Source: Bacteroidota bacterium (GTDB lineage: Bacteria; Bacteroidota; Bacteroidia; NS11-12g; UBA955). Taken from it: a stretch of DNA of 64,000 nt. The notes under the pieces were generated by a model. It was not told the origin of the DNA, ran no database searches, and saw only the letters and a list, made by a program, of their open reading frames with translations. Positions 40,201 through 49,393 of this stretch are shown here, in pieces; within the stretch, counting starts at the first letter, position 1; each line of letters starts with the position of its first letter. The translations under genes were made by a program, and so were the position numbers. The DNA lies in assembly GCA_027490055.1 (NCBI GenBank), contig JAIXYV010000040.1, positions 17,696 to 81,695 of the forward strand, given 5' to 3'.

Positions 40201-42867
40201 AATTTCTTTGATTCAATTTATTGTGTGAATTACGCTACGACAGTACCAGTAAAATTTGTAAATACCACTAAAATACTGGCTGGCTATCCAGCCCCATCAT
40301 GGTCGTGGTTAGTTAATCCAGGTGCATTAACCAGCACAACCAAAAACCCGGTGTTTAATTTAAGTCCGGGCACCTACACAGTCAGTCTCACCGTCGCTGG
40401 CGTATGTACCTTTACCAAAACAGTAGTGATACCACCATTGCCAAATGCCTCGTTTACGGTTCAGGATTCGGTTTGTCAGAACACACCGGTACTATTTACG
40501 AATACCAGCACTGGCACAGGTTTAAGTTCTACGTGGACGTTCGGAGATGGATCCAGTTCTTTACTGAGCAATCCGATCAGAACATATAGCAATTCTGGCA
40601 CCTATTTAGTGACTTTAACTATTGTAAACAGTTTAGGTTGCAGAGACACTGCAAAACGCAATGTCAAAGTATTGCCACATACTTTAAGTGGTGTAATAGT
40701 AGCGGGCGGACCATTAAAGTTCTGCGAAGGTGATAGTGTCAAATTAACAGGAACGGGCATAGGCGGCTACCCTGCTTATAGTTATTTATGGTCGACGGCC
40801 GCTACGACGCCTGTTATCTGGGCACATCAGACAGGCAATTACAATTTAGAAATAACAGACACTAAAGGTTGTTTCTATAAAACAGGCAATCTGAATGTAT
40901 TGGCGAAGACAAGACCTAAGCCAAACATTATCGGACCGAAAGCACTGTGCGAAAACACCAATTATACATACGTGGCCAATTATCCAATGATACCAGGCGC
41001 CCAATTTGAGTGGTACTGGGATGGCATGCCACAGTTCGTCAATTCAAACACCTTTAGTTTTGGCACTTACAGCATGACACCTGGAGCACATCAGTTAGTG
41101 GTTACTGTAATGAGTCCTGATACCTGCTTCGGTACTGACACCTTAAATCTGATATTATACCCTAATCCGAATGTCACAATTACGGCACCGCCGGTATTAT
41201 GCGCAGGCACTAACAATATGTTGGTTGCCAGCAGTACATCAACAGGCATAACTGGTTTCTATTGGAGCAATGGCCAGGTTAATGACACTATTTATACTGG
41301 CGTTCCGAATATCTATACTGTCACTGTAACAGACACCAATGGTTGTCAGGCGCAGGCTGTCACTGTAGTGAATCCACTACCCGACTTCTGCGGATTGATG
41401 ACAGGCTGTTATGACATTTGCGATACCGTAACGAATCTGGTATGGCACGGACCGAAAGGGTACGCCACCTACCAGTGGTTCCTGAATGGCAATCCGATTG
41501 CATGGGCAGTGAGCGATACCTTCCATGTGCCATTGTATGTATCGGGCACCTATAATTTACAAATAACGACAGCGGCAGGTTGTACAGATATGTCTGACGA
41601 CATCAATATCGACTTTGTTAAATGTGGAGGATGTAATTTTAGTGCTACTGTAAAAATAGACTGCGGACCGGTAAGCGAGATGGGCAATCAAACCTACAGC
41701 TTATCGTTTAACATCAACAATACATTAGGAGCTGGAGCTACGGTGAGCATTACATCACCACAAGGTGTGGTTAGTAATATTAGTCCTGGCACCTTAAGTG
41801 CAGGCAGCAATACGGTAACTGCAACTTTTGAAGATATTCCGGCAATAGACGCATCAGCTTGTTTCACCATTACCATCAGCAATCAGAATCAGATTTGTGA
41901 TACCACGATTTGTATTAAACTACCACCATGCGGTCAGAAAGATTGTAAGATTGGTTCTAAAATTATCAGATTCGATTGTATCGGACATGATGGCAGCGGC
42001 AATCCGCAATATTATGTTTGTTTGAGTGTCAATTGGAGTGGCAGCAATGGTAGCACCTTAACATTATCCTCACCAAGTGCCACCTTCAGTGTCAATCCGG
42101 TAAGTATTAATAATGGCACGCAAACCATTTGTTATACTTACACTGATTTACCGCCATATAGCACGTTCATGACCATCTATCTATATGGATTCGATCCAGC
42201 CACAGGCAAGGTATGTAAAGACTCTGTGAAAACAGAATACAAACCATGCAGTAAAGACAGTTGCAGTGTGGGCGTATATGGTGAGTGTGCACATTGTCAT
42301 ATGAAAGAAGGCGGCAGCTGGACGTATGATGTCGACTTAACGATACTCAACCCATTTGCTGGTCCAGCCACTGTGAGCATCCCACCGATAGCTGCTGGTA
42401 ATTTTGGCCCGATTACACCAAATCCAATTCCAAGTGGCATGCAGAATGTGAGCACACAGTTTACGGACATTGCACCAAGCAATCAAATCATCTGCTTTAA
42501 AGTGTTGTTAACAGAAGTAAGTTCAGGAAAAACCTGCTGGAAAGACGTCTGTATTGCTTTACCTCCATGCGATTCGAACACCAATATCATCGTCAACTTA
42601 GTTGACAATTACACGTTAATGGTGTATCCGAATCCTGCAGGCAAAGAAGTGCACATCAACTATCAAATGATGGATGGCAGCACTGCGATGCGCTTTGAGA
42701 TAACGGATATCAATGGGCGCACACTAAAGTCGGTAGAGAATGATTACAGTTCAGGTGATGTCTTAGTGAATACAGAAGACCTGGCTGACGGCTTGTACTT
42801 TATTAAAATTATAAAAGACGGACGTTTGGCTGGCAGCACCAGATTACTGGTAATGAAGCGTGATTAA
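37231..42867 (+). CDS. giant secreted Cys-rich multi-repeat protein with PKD domains and a T9SS (Por) C-terminal sorting domain
   Basis: 1878 aa with a signal peptide. Many Ig-like modules of the C..G...VC....Y.....G..Y.W.V.GG type. Several PKD signatures (W.W.FGDG...S...HxY..PG.Y.V.L). Three Cys-framed modules lie at 41626-42570. The C-terminal about 90 aa (YPNPAGKEVHINYQ...DGLYFIKII) match the T9SS type A sorting domain. Confidence 0.8.
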   Translation: MNKLLQSIFPVLLSVFLLSPLSSQATCPITGATDVCENQTVSYSVVPNPGETYTWNVTGGGVLTGSGSAVSVTWPSIGTGTLTLIVKNNLNVVICTNTITVTIHGKPNPVITPSYISGCGGRKDGSGQGDKAGCLTACDSTYITYTTPNHAGSTYVWTVTGSATYSSSGNSVTVYWTGIGNGSVKVVETNIWGCSKEVEVCIEIVGKPQAAFSTLPGLTGLVVNACKNQVIQFIDQSLPGAGSPINSWSWYFGDGGNAFYSAPGNGNTSHAYSTPGTYQVMLVVENQCKCKDTAYVTVVVANSVGPEIFCISTVCPDATVTYTTNASGCNNYNWSVTNGVIIGSNTDSVVTVQWGTNGPGSITLSVNCPGFCNSPTTVFVPIITPNATINGPSQVCIGECYTYHISCDIPIDSIEWHFPPGVFVQTDSINVHEVQVCFYNNISGNITVDYWHFTPGAKPPINCGGSSVLPVSVKPKMFMSGSANLCANQPYNYSISPAPTGSIYWTITNIAGNTTYASNTITGPSPFAGLWTYGPGQFIVSANDLSGNYCNSPLKKFITVHPIPPVVDTVYGPSPVCPNYSYAYTAVPTSGNYYIGWQVTNGTPSTGIGNTLSITWGPSGPYSLNVYQIDPVTGCKSAATSMSVLSALPMAASVINGPDTVCANGTSTYSTSTPGDDYIWSINPGIAGSVGSGNHTNSISVQWNNYTGNAWVVLTRKVCGSQRKDSVLVRVINAPIPNIIIPPAICQGVTLFASSSTVASSYSWNFGDGGTGSGNPGTHIYNAPGNYVITLTTTYGGTCPGTGVNTATIAIWPKPNINISTPDPNLYCNPPISTTMTVAAPAIGITYQWYNPSVIGSATGTSYTATSTGSFFVVGTNSYGCKDTSNIIPISTGNCNPTCTPATYTLNYNRFRLGCNTDSFNAIISPGVINLSWNFDDPYNPGGASGTPVSHTFTEPGYYRVKLCADVPNAAGTGYCNVCMYKVDTVKYVPNFFDSIYCVNYATTVPVKFVNTTKILAGYPAPSWSWLVNPGALTSTTKNPVFNLSPGTYTVSLTVAGVCTFTKTVVIPPLPNASFTVQDSVCQNTPVLFTNTSTGTGLSSTWTFGDGSSSLLSNPIRTYSNSGTYLVTLTIVNSLGCRDTAKRNVKVLPHTLSGVIVAGGPLKFCEGDSVKLTGTGIGGYPAYSYLWSTAATTPVIWAHQTGNYNLEITDTKGCFYKTGNLNVLAKTRPKPNIIGPKALCENTNYTYVANYPMIPGAQFEWYWDGMPQFVNSNTFSFGTYSMTPGAHQLVVTVMSPDTCFGTDTLNLILYPNPNVTITAPPVLCAGTNNMLVASSTSTGITGFYWSNGQVNDTIYTGVPNIYTVTVTDTNGCQAQAVTVVNPLPDFCGLMTGCYDICDTVTNLVWHGPKGYATYQWFLNGNPIAWAVSDTFHVPLYVSGTYNLQITTAAGCTDMSDDINIDFVKCGGCNFSATVKIDCGPVSEMGNQTYSLSFNINNTLGAGATVSITSPQGVVSNISPGTLSAGSNTVTATFEDIPAIDASACFTITISNQNQICDTTICIKLPPCGQKDCKIGSKIIRFDCIGHDGSGNPQYYVCLSVNWSGSNGSTLTLSSPSATFSVNPVSINNGTQTICYTYTDLPPYSTFMTIYLYGFDPATGKVCKDSVKTEYKPCSKDSCSVGVYGECAHCHMKEGGSWTYDVDLTILNPFAGPATVSIPPIAAGNFGPITPNPIPSGMQNVSTQFTDIAPSNQIICFKVLLTEVSSGKTCWKDVCIALPPCDSNTNIIVNLVDNYTLMVYPNPAGKEVHINYQMMDGSTAMRFEITDINGRTLKSVENDYSSGDVLVNTEDLADGLYFIKIIKDGRLAGSTRLLVMKRD

Positions 42868-42873
42868 AAATAC

Positions 42874-42906
42874 GGTCGGCAGTATTAAATTGCTGCCGAC
42901 CTTTTA
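42874..42906 (+). terminator. intrinsic terminator after the giant T9SS gene
   Basis: ggtcggcag-tattaaattg-ctgccgacc followed by tttta: 9-bp perfect stem. Confidence 0.7.
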
Positions 42907-42914
42907 TATCTTTG
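42907..42914 (+). promoter_or_regulatory. -7 box TATCTTTG, 4 nt before the ATG at 42919
   Basis: Exact TAnnTTTG directly after the terminator. Spacer is gcac. Confidence 0.45.
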
Positions 42915-42918
42915 GCAC

Positions 42919-43839
42919 ATGAAAAGTTTTGTATTGGCATTGTTATGCATATCGAGTAGTATTGTGTTGGCGCATGACACAACTGCTTATAATCTTGCCA
43001 AAGAAAGTTTTATAAAAAAAGAAAAGCTGAAAGCGTTGGACATGTGCAACGACATTTTAAGCAAAGACAAGCAGTATGTTGATGCTTATGTTTTGCGAGG
43101 AGGATTATATATAGATTTAGGCTTACCAATAGACGCTCTGGAGGATTTCAACACTGCAATTAGTATAGACCCAAATTGCTTTTCAGCTTATTTAGGAAGA
43201 GCAATGTATTACAATCAAAATGACAATTTCAATGAAGCTCTGGCAGATTTAAACAAAGCAGAACTTATCAATGATTCTGCTTTGATATTATATCTTAATA
43301 AAAGTCATTTATATAATCAGCTACACCTATACGACTTGAACATTCAGCAATTAAGCAAAGGGATTCAGAAACATCCAAAGAGTTTGATATTGTACCAAAG
43401 TCGCTCTTATGTTTATATCTGTAAAAACAAGATAGATTCAGCTATAATGGATGCTTTTGCCACATTGAAGATCGACAGTACAGACATTACCGCTAAAACC
43501 AATCTTGGGTTTTGTTATATCCTTTTAAAGCAATACAAAAAAGCGAATGACATCTATACAAAACTCAATATCACATCCGAGAGTCATCCTTATATGTTGA
43601 GCAATTATGGATTTGTCCAATATAAAATGGGCAAAAAAATAGAAGGACTAGACAATATTTATCGCTCGTTAAAAATACTGGAAAACAATGCTTTTGCGCA
43701 TCGTTATCTGGCCGAAATATCGATAGAAGAAAAAGACTTGGAATCCGCCTGTTATCATATTAACAAATCTCTAAAACTTGGCTATACCAATGAGTATGGA
43801 AATTATGTAGAATTGATGCAGAAAAAATACTGCCAGTAA
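42919..43839 (+). CDS. secreted tetratricopeptide repeat protein
   Basis: 306 aa with a signal peptide. Tandem TPR-like repeats (ALEDFNTAISIDPNCFSAYLGRAMYY, etc.). Confidence 0.6.
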   Translation: MKSFVLALLCISSSIVLAHDTTAYNLAKESFIKKEKLKALDMCNDILSKDKQYVDAYVLRGGLYIDLGLPIDALEDFNTAISIDPNCFSAYLGRAMYYNQNDNFNEALADLNKAELINDSALILYLNKSHLYNQLHLYDLNIQQLSKGIQKHPKSLILYQSRSYVYICKNKIDSAIMDAFATLKIDSTDITAKTNLGFCYILLKQYKKANDIYTKLNITSESHPYMLSNYGFVQYKMGKKIEGLDNIYRSLKILENNAFAHRYLAEISIEEKDLESACYHINKSLKLGYTNEYGNYVELMQKKYCQ

Positions 43840-43843
43840 TTTT

Positions 43844-44860
43844 TTAGATAATATTCACCTCTGGTTCCAGCTGAATCCCAAAAGTATCTTTCACACTTTG
43901 AATGATAGTAAGCGCCATCTGGTAGACCTCGTTTCCGGAAGCATTGCCATAATTGACTAATACCAGTGCCTGCTTGGCATGCGCGCCTGTCTCGCCTACC
44001 CGCTTTCCTTTCCAGCCACATTGTTCAATCAACCAGGCAGCGGGTACTTTCACACCATGATCATTAGGAAAACCTTTGATGCCTGGGTATTGCTGCTGAA
44101 GTTGTTCGAATTTTTCCTTAGTGATGACAGGGTTTTTAAAGAATGAGCCACTATTGCCCAAAACTTTAGGGTCAGGCAATTTTGAACTTCTAATTTGAAT
44201 AACTGCATCTGACACATCTTTGATACTAGCTTCAGACAAGGCAATACCTTTATCGGTAATCACTTGTTGAATATCGCCATATTCGATACTTATCTTAGGC
44301 TGCTTATCTAAGCGAATCGTAACAGAATAGATGAAATACTGTCCTTTTAACTGACGTTTGAATACACTTTCGCGGTAGCCAAAGGCACATGATATTTTAT
44401 TAAAGGTGTGGAGTTCGAAAGTATGCAGATTAAGTGCCTCTAGTTCGATAAAAACCTTTTCGAGTTCTACACCATAAGCACCGATGTTTTGCATAGGTGC
44501 AGCACCAACAGTACCAGGAATCAAGGAGAGATTTTCTATACCTCCCCAGTTGCGCTCTACACAATGCATCACCAGATCGTGCCACCCTTCGCCGCTATAT
44601 ACTTTCAGGGTAACATGCTGATCATCTTCTGAGACAATATGAATCCCTTTGATAGAATTTTTTATTACTAGCCCTTCGTAATCCTTGCAGAAAAGCACAT
44701 TGCTACCACCACCCAAAAACATAAACTGTTCTTCAGGGGATTCGGCGATGGCTTCCTTAAGAGAAGCGAGAGAGTTCACTTCAGCGAAGGCGCGGGTTTG
44801 CACATCCAGACCGAAGGTGTTGTATGGTTTAAGAGATATGTGGTGTTGAACCTGAGTCAA
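43844..44860 (-). CDS. murB: UDP-N-acetylenolpyruvoylglucosamine reductase MurB
   Basis: 338 aa. Contains SLKPYNTFG, an FAD-binding block (LGGGSNVLF) and C-terminal GAHAKQALVLVN. TTG start at 44860 directly abuts the hutU stop. Confidence 0.9.
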   Translation of the reverse strand: MTQVQHHISLKPYNTFGLDVQTRAFAEVNSLASLKEAIAESPEEQFMFLGGGSNVLFCKDYEGLVIKNSIKGIHIVSEDDQHVTLKVYSGEGWHDLVMHCVERNWGGIENLSLIPGTVGAAPMQNIGAYGVELEKVFIELEALNLHTFELHTFNKISCAFGYRESVFKRQLKGQYFIYSVTIRLDKQPKISIEYGDIQQVITDKGIALSEASIKDVSDAVIQIRSSKLPDPKVLGNSGSFFKNPVITKEKFEQLQQQYPGIKGFPNDHGVKVPAAWLIEQCGWKGKRVGETGAHAKQALVLVNYGNASGNEVYQMALTIIQSVKDTFGIQLEPEVNII

Positions 44861-46531
44861 TTATTTATTAAGACGTTCTTTGATATCCAGACGGTGAGCA
44901 CGAGCGGTATCTTTAGCGATATCGTAACCAGCATCAGCGTGTCTGATAACACCCATTGCCGGATCGTTGTGCAATACACGTTTCAGACGCACAGCAGCCT
45001 CGTCGGTACCATCGGCAACGATCACCATACCAGCGTGAATACTGTAACCAATACCAACACCACCACCGTGGTGAAGACTTACCCAGGAAGCACCACCAGC
45101 AGTATTAATTAAAGCATTTAATACAGGCCAGTCGGCGATAGCATCACTGCCATCCAACATAGCTTCAGTTTCGCGGTTTGGAGAGGCCACAGATCCGGTA
45201 TCCAGGTGGTCGCGACCAATAACAATCGGCGCAGATACTTCACCATTTTTTACCATTTCGTTGAAAGCAAGGCCCGCTTTTTCGCGCTGACCCTGACCTA
45301 ACCAGCAGATACGTGCAGGCAAGCCCTGGAATTCAATTTTCTCCTGCGCCATTTTAATCCAGCGTTTCAGACCTTCGTCTTCAGGGAAAATCTCTAATAA
45401 TTTTCTATCAGTCGCGTAAATATCTTCAGGATTTCCAGAGAGCGCTACCCAGCGGAACGGACCGCGACCTTCGCAGAATTGAGGGCGAATGAAGGCAGGC
45501 ACGAAACCAGGGAAATCGAAGGCATTGGTCAGACCTTTTTCGAGAGCACGACCGCGAAGGTTGTTACCATAATCGAAAACGATAGAACCCATTTTTTGGA
45601 ACTCGATCATCAGTTTCACGTGATGAACCATAGTAGAATAGCTTTCGTTGACGTAACGGGTTGGATCGGTTTTACGCAAACGGTCGGCACTTTCCACATC
45701 GTAGCCTTCAGGGAAGTAACCCACTAATGGATCGTGTGCTGAAGTCTGGTCAGTTAAAGTATCAGGCACTATGCCTCTTGCTTTTAATTTTTCTAATAAA
45801 TCAACGGCGTTACAATGCACACCGATAGAGACAGCCATACCCTCTTCTTTGGCTTTAAGGGCCATGTCAATTGCCTGATCAATATCTTTGGTCATGACAT
45901 CCAGGTATCTGGTTTCCAAACGTTTTTTAATACGCCATTCTTCCATTTCAGCTGCCAGGCAAACACCTTCGTTCATGGTAATTGCAAGCGGCTGAGCGCC
46001 ACCCATACCACCTAAACCAGCGGTAACGTTAAGAGTACCTTTAAGTGTACCGCCAAAATGTTGACGGGCACATTCAGCAAAGGTTTCATAGGTACCTTGC
46101 ACGATACCCTGAGAGCCGATATAAATCCAGCTACCAGCGGTCATCTGACCGTACATGATCAAACCCTTGGCTTCTAATTCGCGGAAGTAATCCAGGTTAG
46201 CCCAGTGTGGCACTAACTGTGAGTTAGAGATAATAACACGGGGAGCATCTTTATGAGTCGGCAGAATACCAACTGGCTTACCAGATTGAACCAGTAAGGT
46301 TTCATCTTCGTTAAGATCTTCAAGGGCTTTCACGATTAAGTGATAGCTTTCCCAGTTACGGGCAGCTTTACCAGTACCACCGTATACCACCAGGTTCTCA
46401 GGTTTCTCGGCCACATCCGGATCCAGATTGTTCATCAGCATACGGTAGGCAGCTTCGGTTACCCAATTCTTACAGTGCAGGGTATTTCCTGTTGGGGCTT
46501 TAATCACTTTAGATAAGTCAGTATTACTCAT
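44861..46531 (-). CDS. hutU: urocanate hydratase
   Basis: 556 aa from the ATG at 46531. Urocanase blocks present ([35 protein letters not shown]). The TTG used by the track ORF overlaps the -7 box at 46541-46548, so the ATG is preferred. Confidence 0.93.
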   Translation of the reverse strand: MSNTDLSKVIKAPTGNTLHCKNWVTEAAYRMLMNNLDPDVAEKPENLVVYGGTGKAARNWESYHLIVKALEDLNEDETLLVQSGKPVGILPTHKDAPRVIISNSQLVPHWANLDYFRELEAKGLIMYGQMTAGSWIYIGSQGIVQGTYETFAECARQHFGGTLKGTLNVTAGLGGMGGAQPLAITMNEGVCLAAEMEEWRIKKRLETRYLDVMTKDIDQAIDMALKAKEEGMAVSIGVHCNAVDLLEKLKARGIVPDTLTDQTSAHDPLVGYFPEGYDVESADRLRKTDPTRYVNESYSTMVHHVKLMIEFQKMGSIVFDYGNNLRGRALEKGLTNAFDFPGFVPAFIRPQFCEGRGPFRWVALSGNPEDIYATDRKLLEIFPEDEGLKRWIKMAQEKIEFQGLPARICWLGQGQREKAGLAFNEMVKNGEVSAPIVIGRDHLDTGSVASPNRETEAMLDGSDAIADWPVLNALINTAGGASWVSLHHGGGVGIGYSIHAGMVIVADGTDEAAVRLKRVLHNDPAMGVIRHADAGYDIAKDTARAHRLDIKERLNK

Positions 46532-46540
46532 TTGATGTTG

Positions 46541-46548
46541 CAAAATTA
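46541..46548 (-). promoter_or_regulatory. -7 box (TAATTTTG on minus strand) upstream of hutU
   Basis: Plus-strand caaaatta, 9 nt upstream of the ATG at 46531. Confidence 0.4.
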
Positions 46549-46632
46549 CTATTTTTTATTCTTGTTGACGCAATAAATTACTAAACACAGCAAGGATATT
46601 TTTGTTTGACATTTAGTTCAATTTTAGGGCAT

Positions 46633-46668
46633 AAAAAAAGTCCGCCTATTTAGGAGACGGACTTTTTA
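46633..46668 (-). terminator. intrinsic terminator after the LVIVD-repeat gene
   Basis: On the minus strand: agtccgtctcctaaataggcggact followed by ttttttt. Confidence 0.65.
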
Positions 46669-46686
46669 AAATATTGTTTAAAGCGA

Positions 46687-47907
46687 TTAAAAATCGGCTA
46701 GTTTACTCAGGTAAGTGATATTGTCTTTGCTGCTGATATCAAACTGGAACAGACCGTTGTCAGCAGTAACGATTAATACATCACCATTCACGATAACATC
46801 GAAAGCATGGATATCAGGATAGCTATGGCGAAGTGTAAGGTTTTCGTTAGTTTTATCCCAATCGTACACGAACAGACCATTTTTACCCTGGCACACAAAG
46901 AGAAGATCTTCTTTAACACCAAGACCATAAGGTTCAACCATGTTCATATTGCGCACCAAATTAGCCAAAGCAGGATTGTTGACATTATAAACACTAAGCT
47001 GACTCATATTGGTTGTACGACAAGCTGTTCCACCTCTTACAGTAGAGAAAGCATAGTTGTCGCTAACCACAACCGGATCGCAGCCAGTGATGTGCCAAAG
47101 GGTATTAATATAGGCCGGAGTAGCTTTAGAGCTGGCAGTGTTGTAAATAAGCACACCGCTTGAAGTTCCTAAGTAGAGGTAAGTTTTGTAAGGGAAAATT
47201 GTTTCAACATTACTACCGTTTAAACCCATAGTTAATTGTTTAACTGGCTTAGTAGGATTGGCGATATTGATAGGAAATAATTGAGAACTGTTAGTGATGT
47301 AAAGGTAATCGCTGATGATAGCAAACTTAGCCATTGATCCACCTTTACCGGTTGATGAAGCACCTGCACCAGATGAAGCCATATCTGAAGTGGTCATGAA
47401 ACGACCATTAGAACTATTGCATTCTCTTTTTACACGTTGAATAGAGGTATTGTAACCTACTATGAATTTGTCGCCACTCACACGTTCGGTATTAACATTT
47501 TCTTCGCGGTTAATAACTTTGATATCGCTGAGATCAGAGAAGGATATAGAAAGTAAATCCGGACCGTTATCAGCAAGGATGACATCATTATAGACTGTGA
47601 AGTTTTCGTTACCTTTAAGGTTAATGAACTTAAGCGGAGTTGGAGAAGCTGGATTGGTGTTGTCAAGAATATGAATACCTTTTAGTTTCTCGCCAACCAG
47701 CAAATATTTACCATATGAATAAATATTACCAGGTTTGGTAATCGTGTAGTCATCTACCACACTGAAAGAAGCTTTAACATCAGACAATTTTTCATAAACT
47801 GGTTCAAAAACTGTTTGATCTTCGTAGTAATAACACTTGTCTTCGCAGGCTGTAAAGAACAGGACACTGAGGAAAACGATGGCTACCTGATAAATTTTTA
47901 GTTTCAT
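46687..47907 (-). CDS. LVIVD-repeat beta-propeller lipoprotein
   Basis: 406 aa with lipobox FTAC. Repeated motifs YLYLGTSSGVLIYN, LLFVCQGKNGLFVYDW and VLIVTADNGLFQFD resemble LVIVD repeats. Confidence 0.55.
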   Translation of the reverse strand: MKLKIYQVAIVFLSVLFFTACEDKCYYYEDQTVFEPVYEKLSDVKASFSVVDDYTITKPGNIYSYGKYLLVGEKLKGIHILDNTNPASPTPLKFINLKGNENFTVYNDVILADNGPDLLSISFSDLSDIKVINREENVNTERVSGDKFIVGYNTSIQRVKRECNSSNGRFMTTSDMASSGAGASSTGKGGSMAKFAIISDYLYITNSSQLFPINIANPTKPVKQLTMGLNGSNVETIFPYKTYLYLGTSSGVLIYNTASSKATPAYINTLWHITGCDPVVVSDNYAFSTVRGGTACRTTNMSQLSVYNVNNPALANLVRNMNMVEPYGLGVKEDLLFVCQGKNGLFVYDWDKTNENLTLRHSYPDIHAFDVIVNGDVLIVTADNGLFQFDISSKDNITYLSKLADF

Positions 47908-47927
47908 ATTAATATTAATATTTCACA

Positions 47928-47935
47928 CAAACTTA
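47928..47935 (-). promoter_or_regulatory. -7 box (TAAGTTTG on minus strand) upstream of the LVIVD gene
   Basis: Plus-strand caaactta, 20 nt upstream of the ATG at 47907. It sits back-to-back with the plus-strand box at 47938. Confidence 0.4.
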
Positions 47936-47937
47936 TG

Positions 47938-47945
47938 TAAATTTG
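47938..47945 (+). promoter_or_regulatory. -7 box TAAATTTG, 5 nt before the ATG at 47951
   Basis: Exact TAnnTTTG. Spacer is cctga. Confidence 0.45.
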
Positions 47946-47950
47946 CCTGA

Positions 47951-48721
47951 ATGACAATGAAAAATTCGATAAAACTTTTACTATTTTTTTGTTTAATAAG
48001 TATTAATAAGCTAGCTGCTCAAAACAGTGATTTGTACATCATCAAAATGAAATCGGGTTTGCAGGTGAAGTGCGAATTGGTGAAAATAGTACCTGATTCT
48101 TTTGTGATGGTTAGGCAATATGGATTAGTATCCAAAATTTCTATTAATGACATACTGGACATCAATTATTCAGAATCTATTGCAGGATCAGGGTCATTTG
48201 GCGGATCAGTAAAGAAAAAAGCCATTCGCCGACCATTGCCAGACACCGGCTGGTCAGTAGGTTTGCAGCCAGGTTTTACCATCGGCAGTGCTCCGGGCTG
48301 GGGCGCCACGAGTAGTTTTGTTTTCAGAGGCAGTTTCTTAAAATCTGATGGCAATCGCTGGATGTATGGCATTAACGCTGGGTTTGACCCATATGATTTT
48401 TATGACGAAGTTGTTGGCGCTACAATGTTAGAGGGCCGATATTTCCTTAAGAAGAAAGATACCAAGCCAGCATTTTTGGTAGTGAATGCTGGTTACGGAT
48501 TTAATTTAACCTCACCTCGCACTGGCGCAGATGGCGGATTTGGTTGTTCATTTGGGATTGGCAAATCTTTCCGATTAAAAAACCAGAACACATTTTCGTA
48601 TTTATTCACTTACAAGATTCAGCAGTTTGAATCAGAGAGCTGGAACTGGTGGAGCAGCTTTAATCAGTTGCAGCATGTGGACACTAGACGTTTTGAGTTC
48701 AGGGTGGAGTGGCGTTACTAA
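47951..48721 (+). CDS. hypothetical outer-membrane beta-barrel-like protein
   Basis: 256 aa with a signal peptide. Alternating hydrophobic strands and a C-terminal aromatic residue (..FEFRVEWRY). Confidence 0.4.
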   Translation: MTMKNSIKLLLFFCLISINKLAAQNSDLYIIKMKSGLQVKCELVKIVPDSFVMVRQYGLVSKISINDILDINYSESIAGSGSFGGSVKKKAIRRPLPDTGWSVGLQPGFTIGSAPGWGATSSFVFRGSFLKSDGNRWMYGINAGFDPYDFYDEVVGATMLEGRYFLKKKDTKPAFLVVNAGYGFNLTSPRTGADGGFGCSFGIGKSFRLKNQNTFSYLFTYKIQQFESESWNWWSSFNQLQHVDTRRFEFRVEWRY

Positions 48722-48722
48722 A

Positions 48723-48788
48723 CCTCCACACTCACACTCAACCTCAACCTCAAACTATACCTCACCTTCTCCCTCACCCTCACCTCAA
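48723..48788. repeat. hexamer microsatellite, about 11 x NNCTCA (ACCTCA/CACTCA/CCCTCA)
   Basis: Read directly: cctcca cactca cactca acctca acctca aactat acctca ccttct ccctca ccctca cctcaa. Confidence 0.85.
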
Positions 48789-48879
48789 CGGTACCGATAC
48801 CATTTACCATTAATCTATTCCTGGCAATCATTCTTAAACAACAAATTTACCATTCAAAAACATTCTCTAATTTTATGTC

Positions 48880-49227
48880 ATGTTTGATTTTCAAAAATTA
48901 GTAGTTTATCAAAAAGCCAAGCAATTTTATGTAATTTTAAAACAAATTGCATTGGATAAGTCAATTGACAAAAACGTGCGGGATCAATTGTCCAGAGCGG
49001 CATTTAGCGTCCCACTCAACATAGCAGAGGGAGCAGGAAAGTTTTCAAAGGCAGATAAAAAGAATTATTACACAAGCGCCAGAGCGTCCGTTTTTGAATG
49101 TGTTGCAATAATGGATATTTTGAACGAAGAGAGGAAAATTGACAATAATACCTTTACATCTCAATTGAAATGTGCCGATGAATTGTCGAGAATTTTGTTT
49201 TCAATGATTAAAGGTTTAGAACAGTAA
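48880..49227 (+). CDS. four-helix-bundle protein (23S rRNA intervening-sequence protein / Avd-like family)
   Basis: 115 aa. FDFQKLVVYQKAKQF..., QLSRAAFSVPLNIAEGAGKFSKADKKNYYTSARASVFEC..ILNEE is the typical signature of this family. Confidence 0.8.
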   Translation: MFDFQKLVVYQKAKQFYVILKQIALDKSIDKNVRDQLSRAAFSVPLNIAEGAGKFSKADKKNYYTSARASVFECVAIMDILNEERKIDNNTFTSQLKCADELSRILFSMIKGLEQ

Positions 49228-49252
49228 AGTATGTGAGAATACAAATTTATTG

Positions 49253-49282
49253 TAGCCGTCGGACCTGCGGTCCACGGTAAAA
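49253..49282. repeat. 30-nt palindrome-containing repeat unit, copy 1
   Basis: TAGCCGTCGGACCTGCGGTCCACGGTAAAA, identical to 49394-49423. The core GGACC-TGC-GGTCC forms a hairpin. Confidence 0.9.
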
Positions 49283-49340
49283 AGCCAGATGTGAGGATAA
49301 GAGTTGGAGGATCTGGGATCTTATTAATAAGAGGGGGAAG

Positions 49341-49388
49341 GTGAGTGTGGGTGTTAGTGTGAGTATGAGTGTGAGTTTGAGTTTGAGG
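49341..49388. repeat. hexamer microsatellite, 8 x NTGAGT
   Basis: gtgagt gtgggt gttagt gtgagt atgagt gtgagt ttgagt ttgagg, complementary in motif to the array at 48723-48788. Confidence 0.85.
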
Positions 49389-49393
49389 AAGTA

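Noticed and set aside
48627-48887. 86-aa ORF (...HSHSTSTSNYTSPSPSPSPQ...) and the 64-aa minus-strand ORF at 49247-49441 (...YRGPQVRRL... twice)
   Set aside because: Both are translations of the hexamer arrays and of the repeated palindromic unit. The low-complexity peptides mirror the DNA repeats, and neither has a promoter box or plausible start context.
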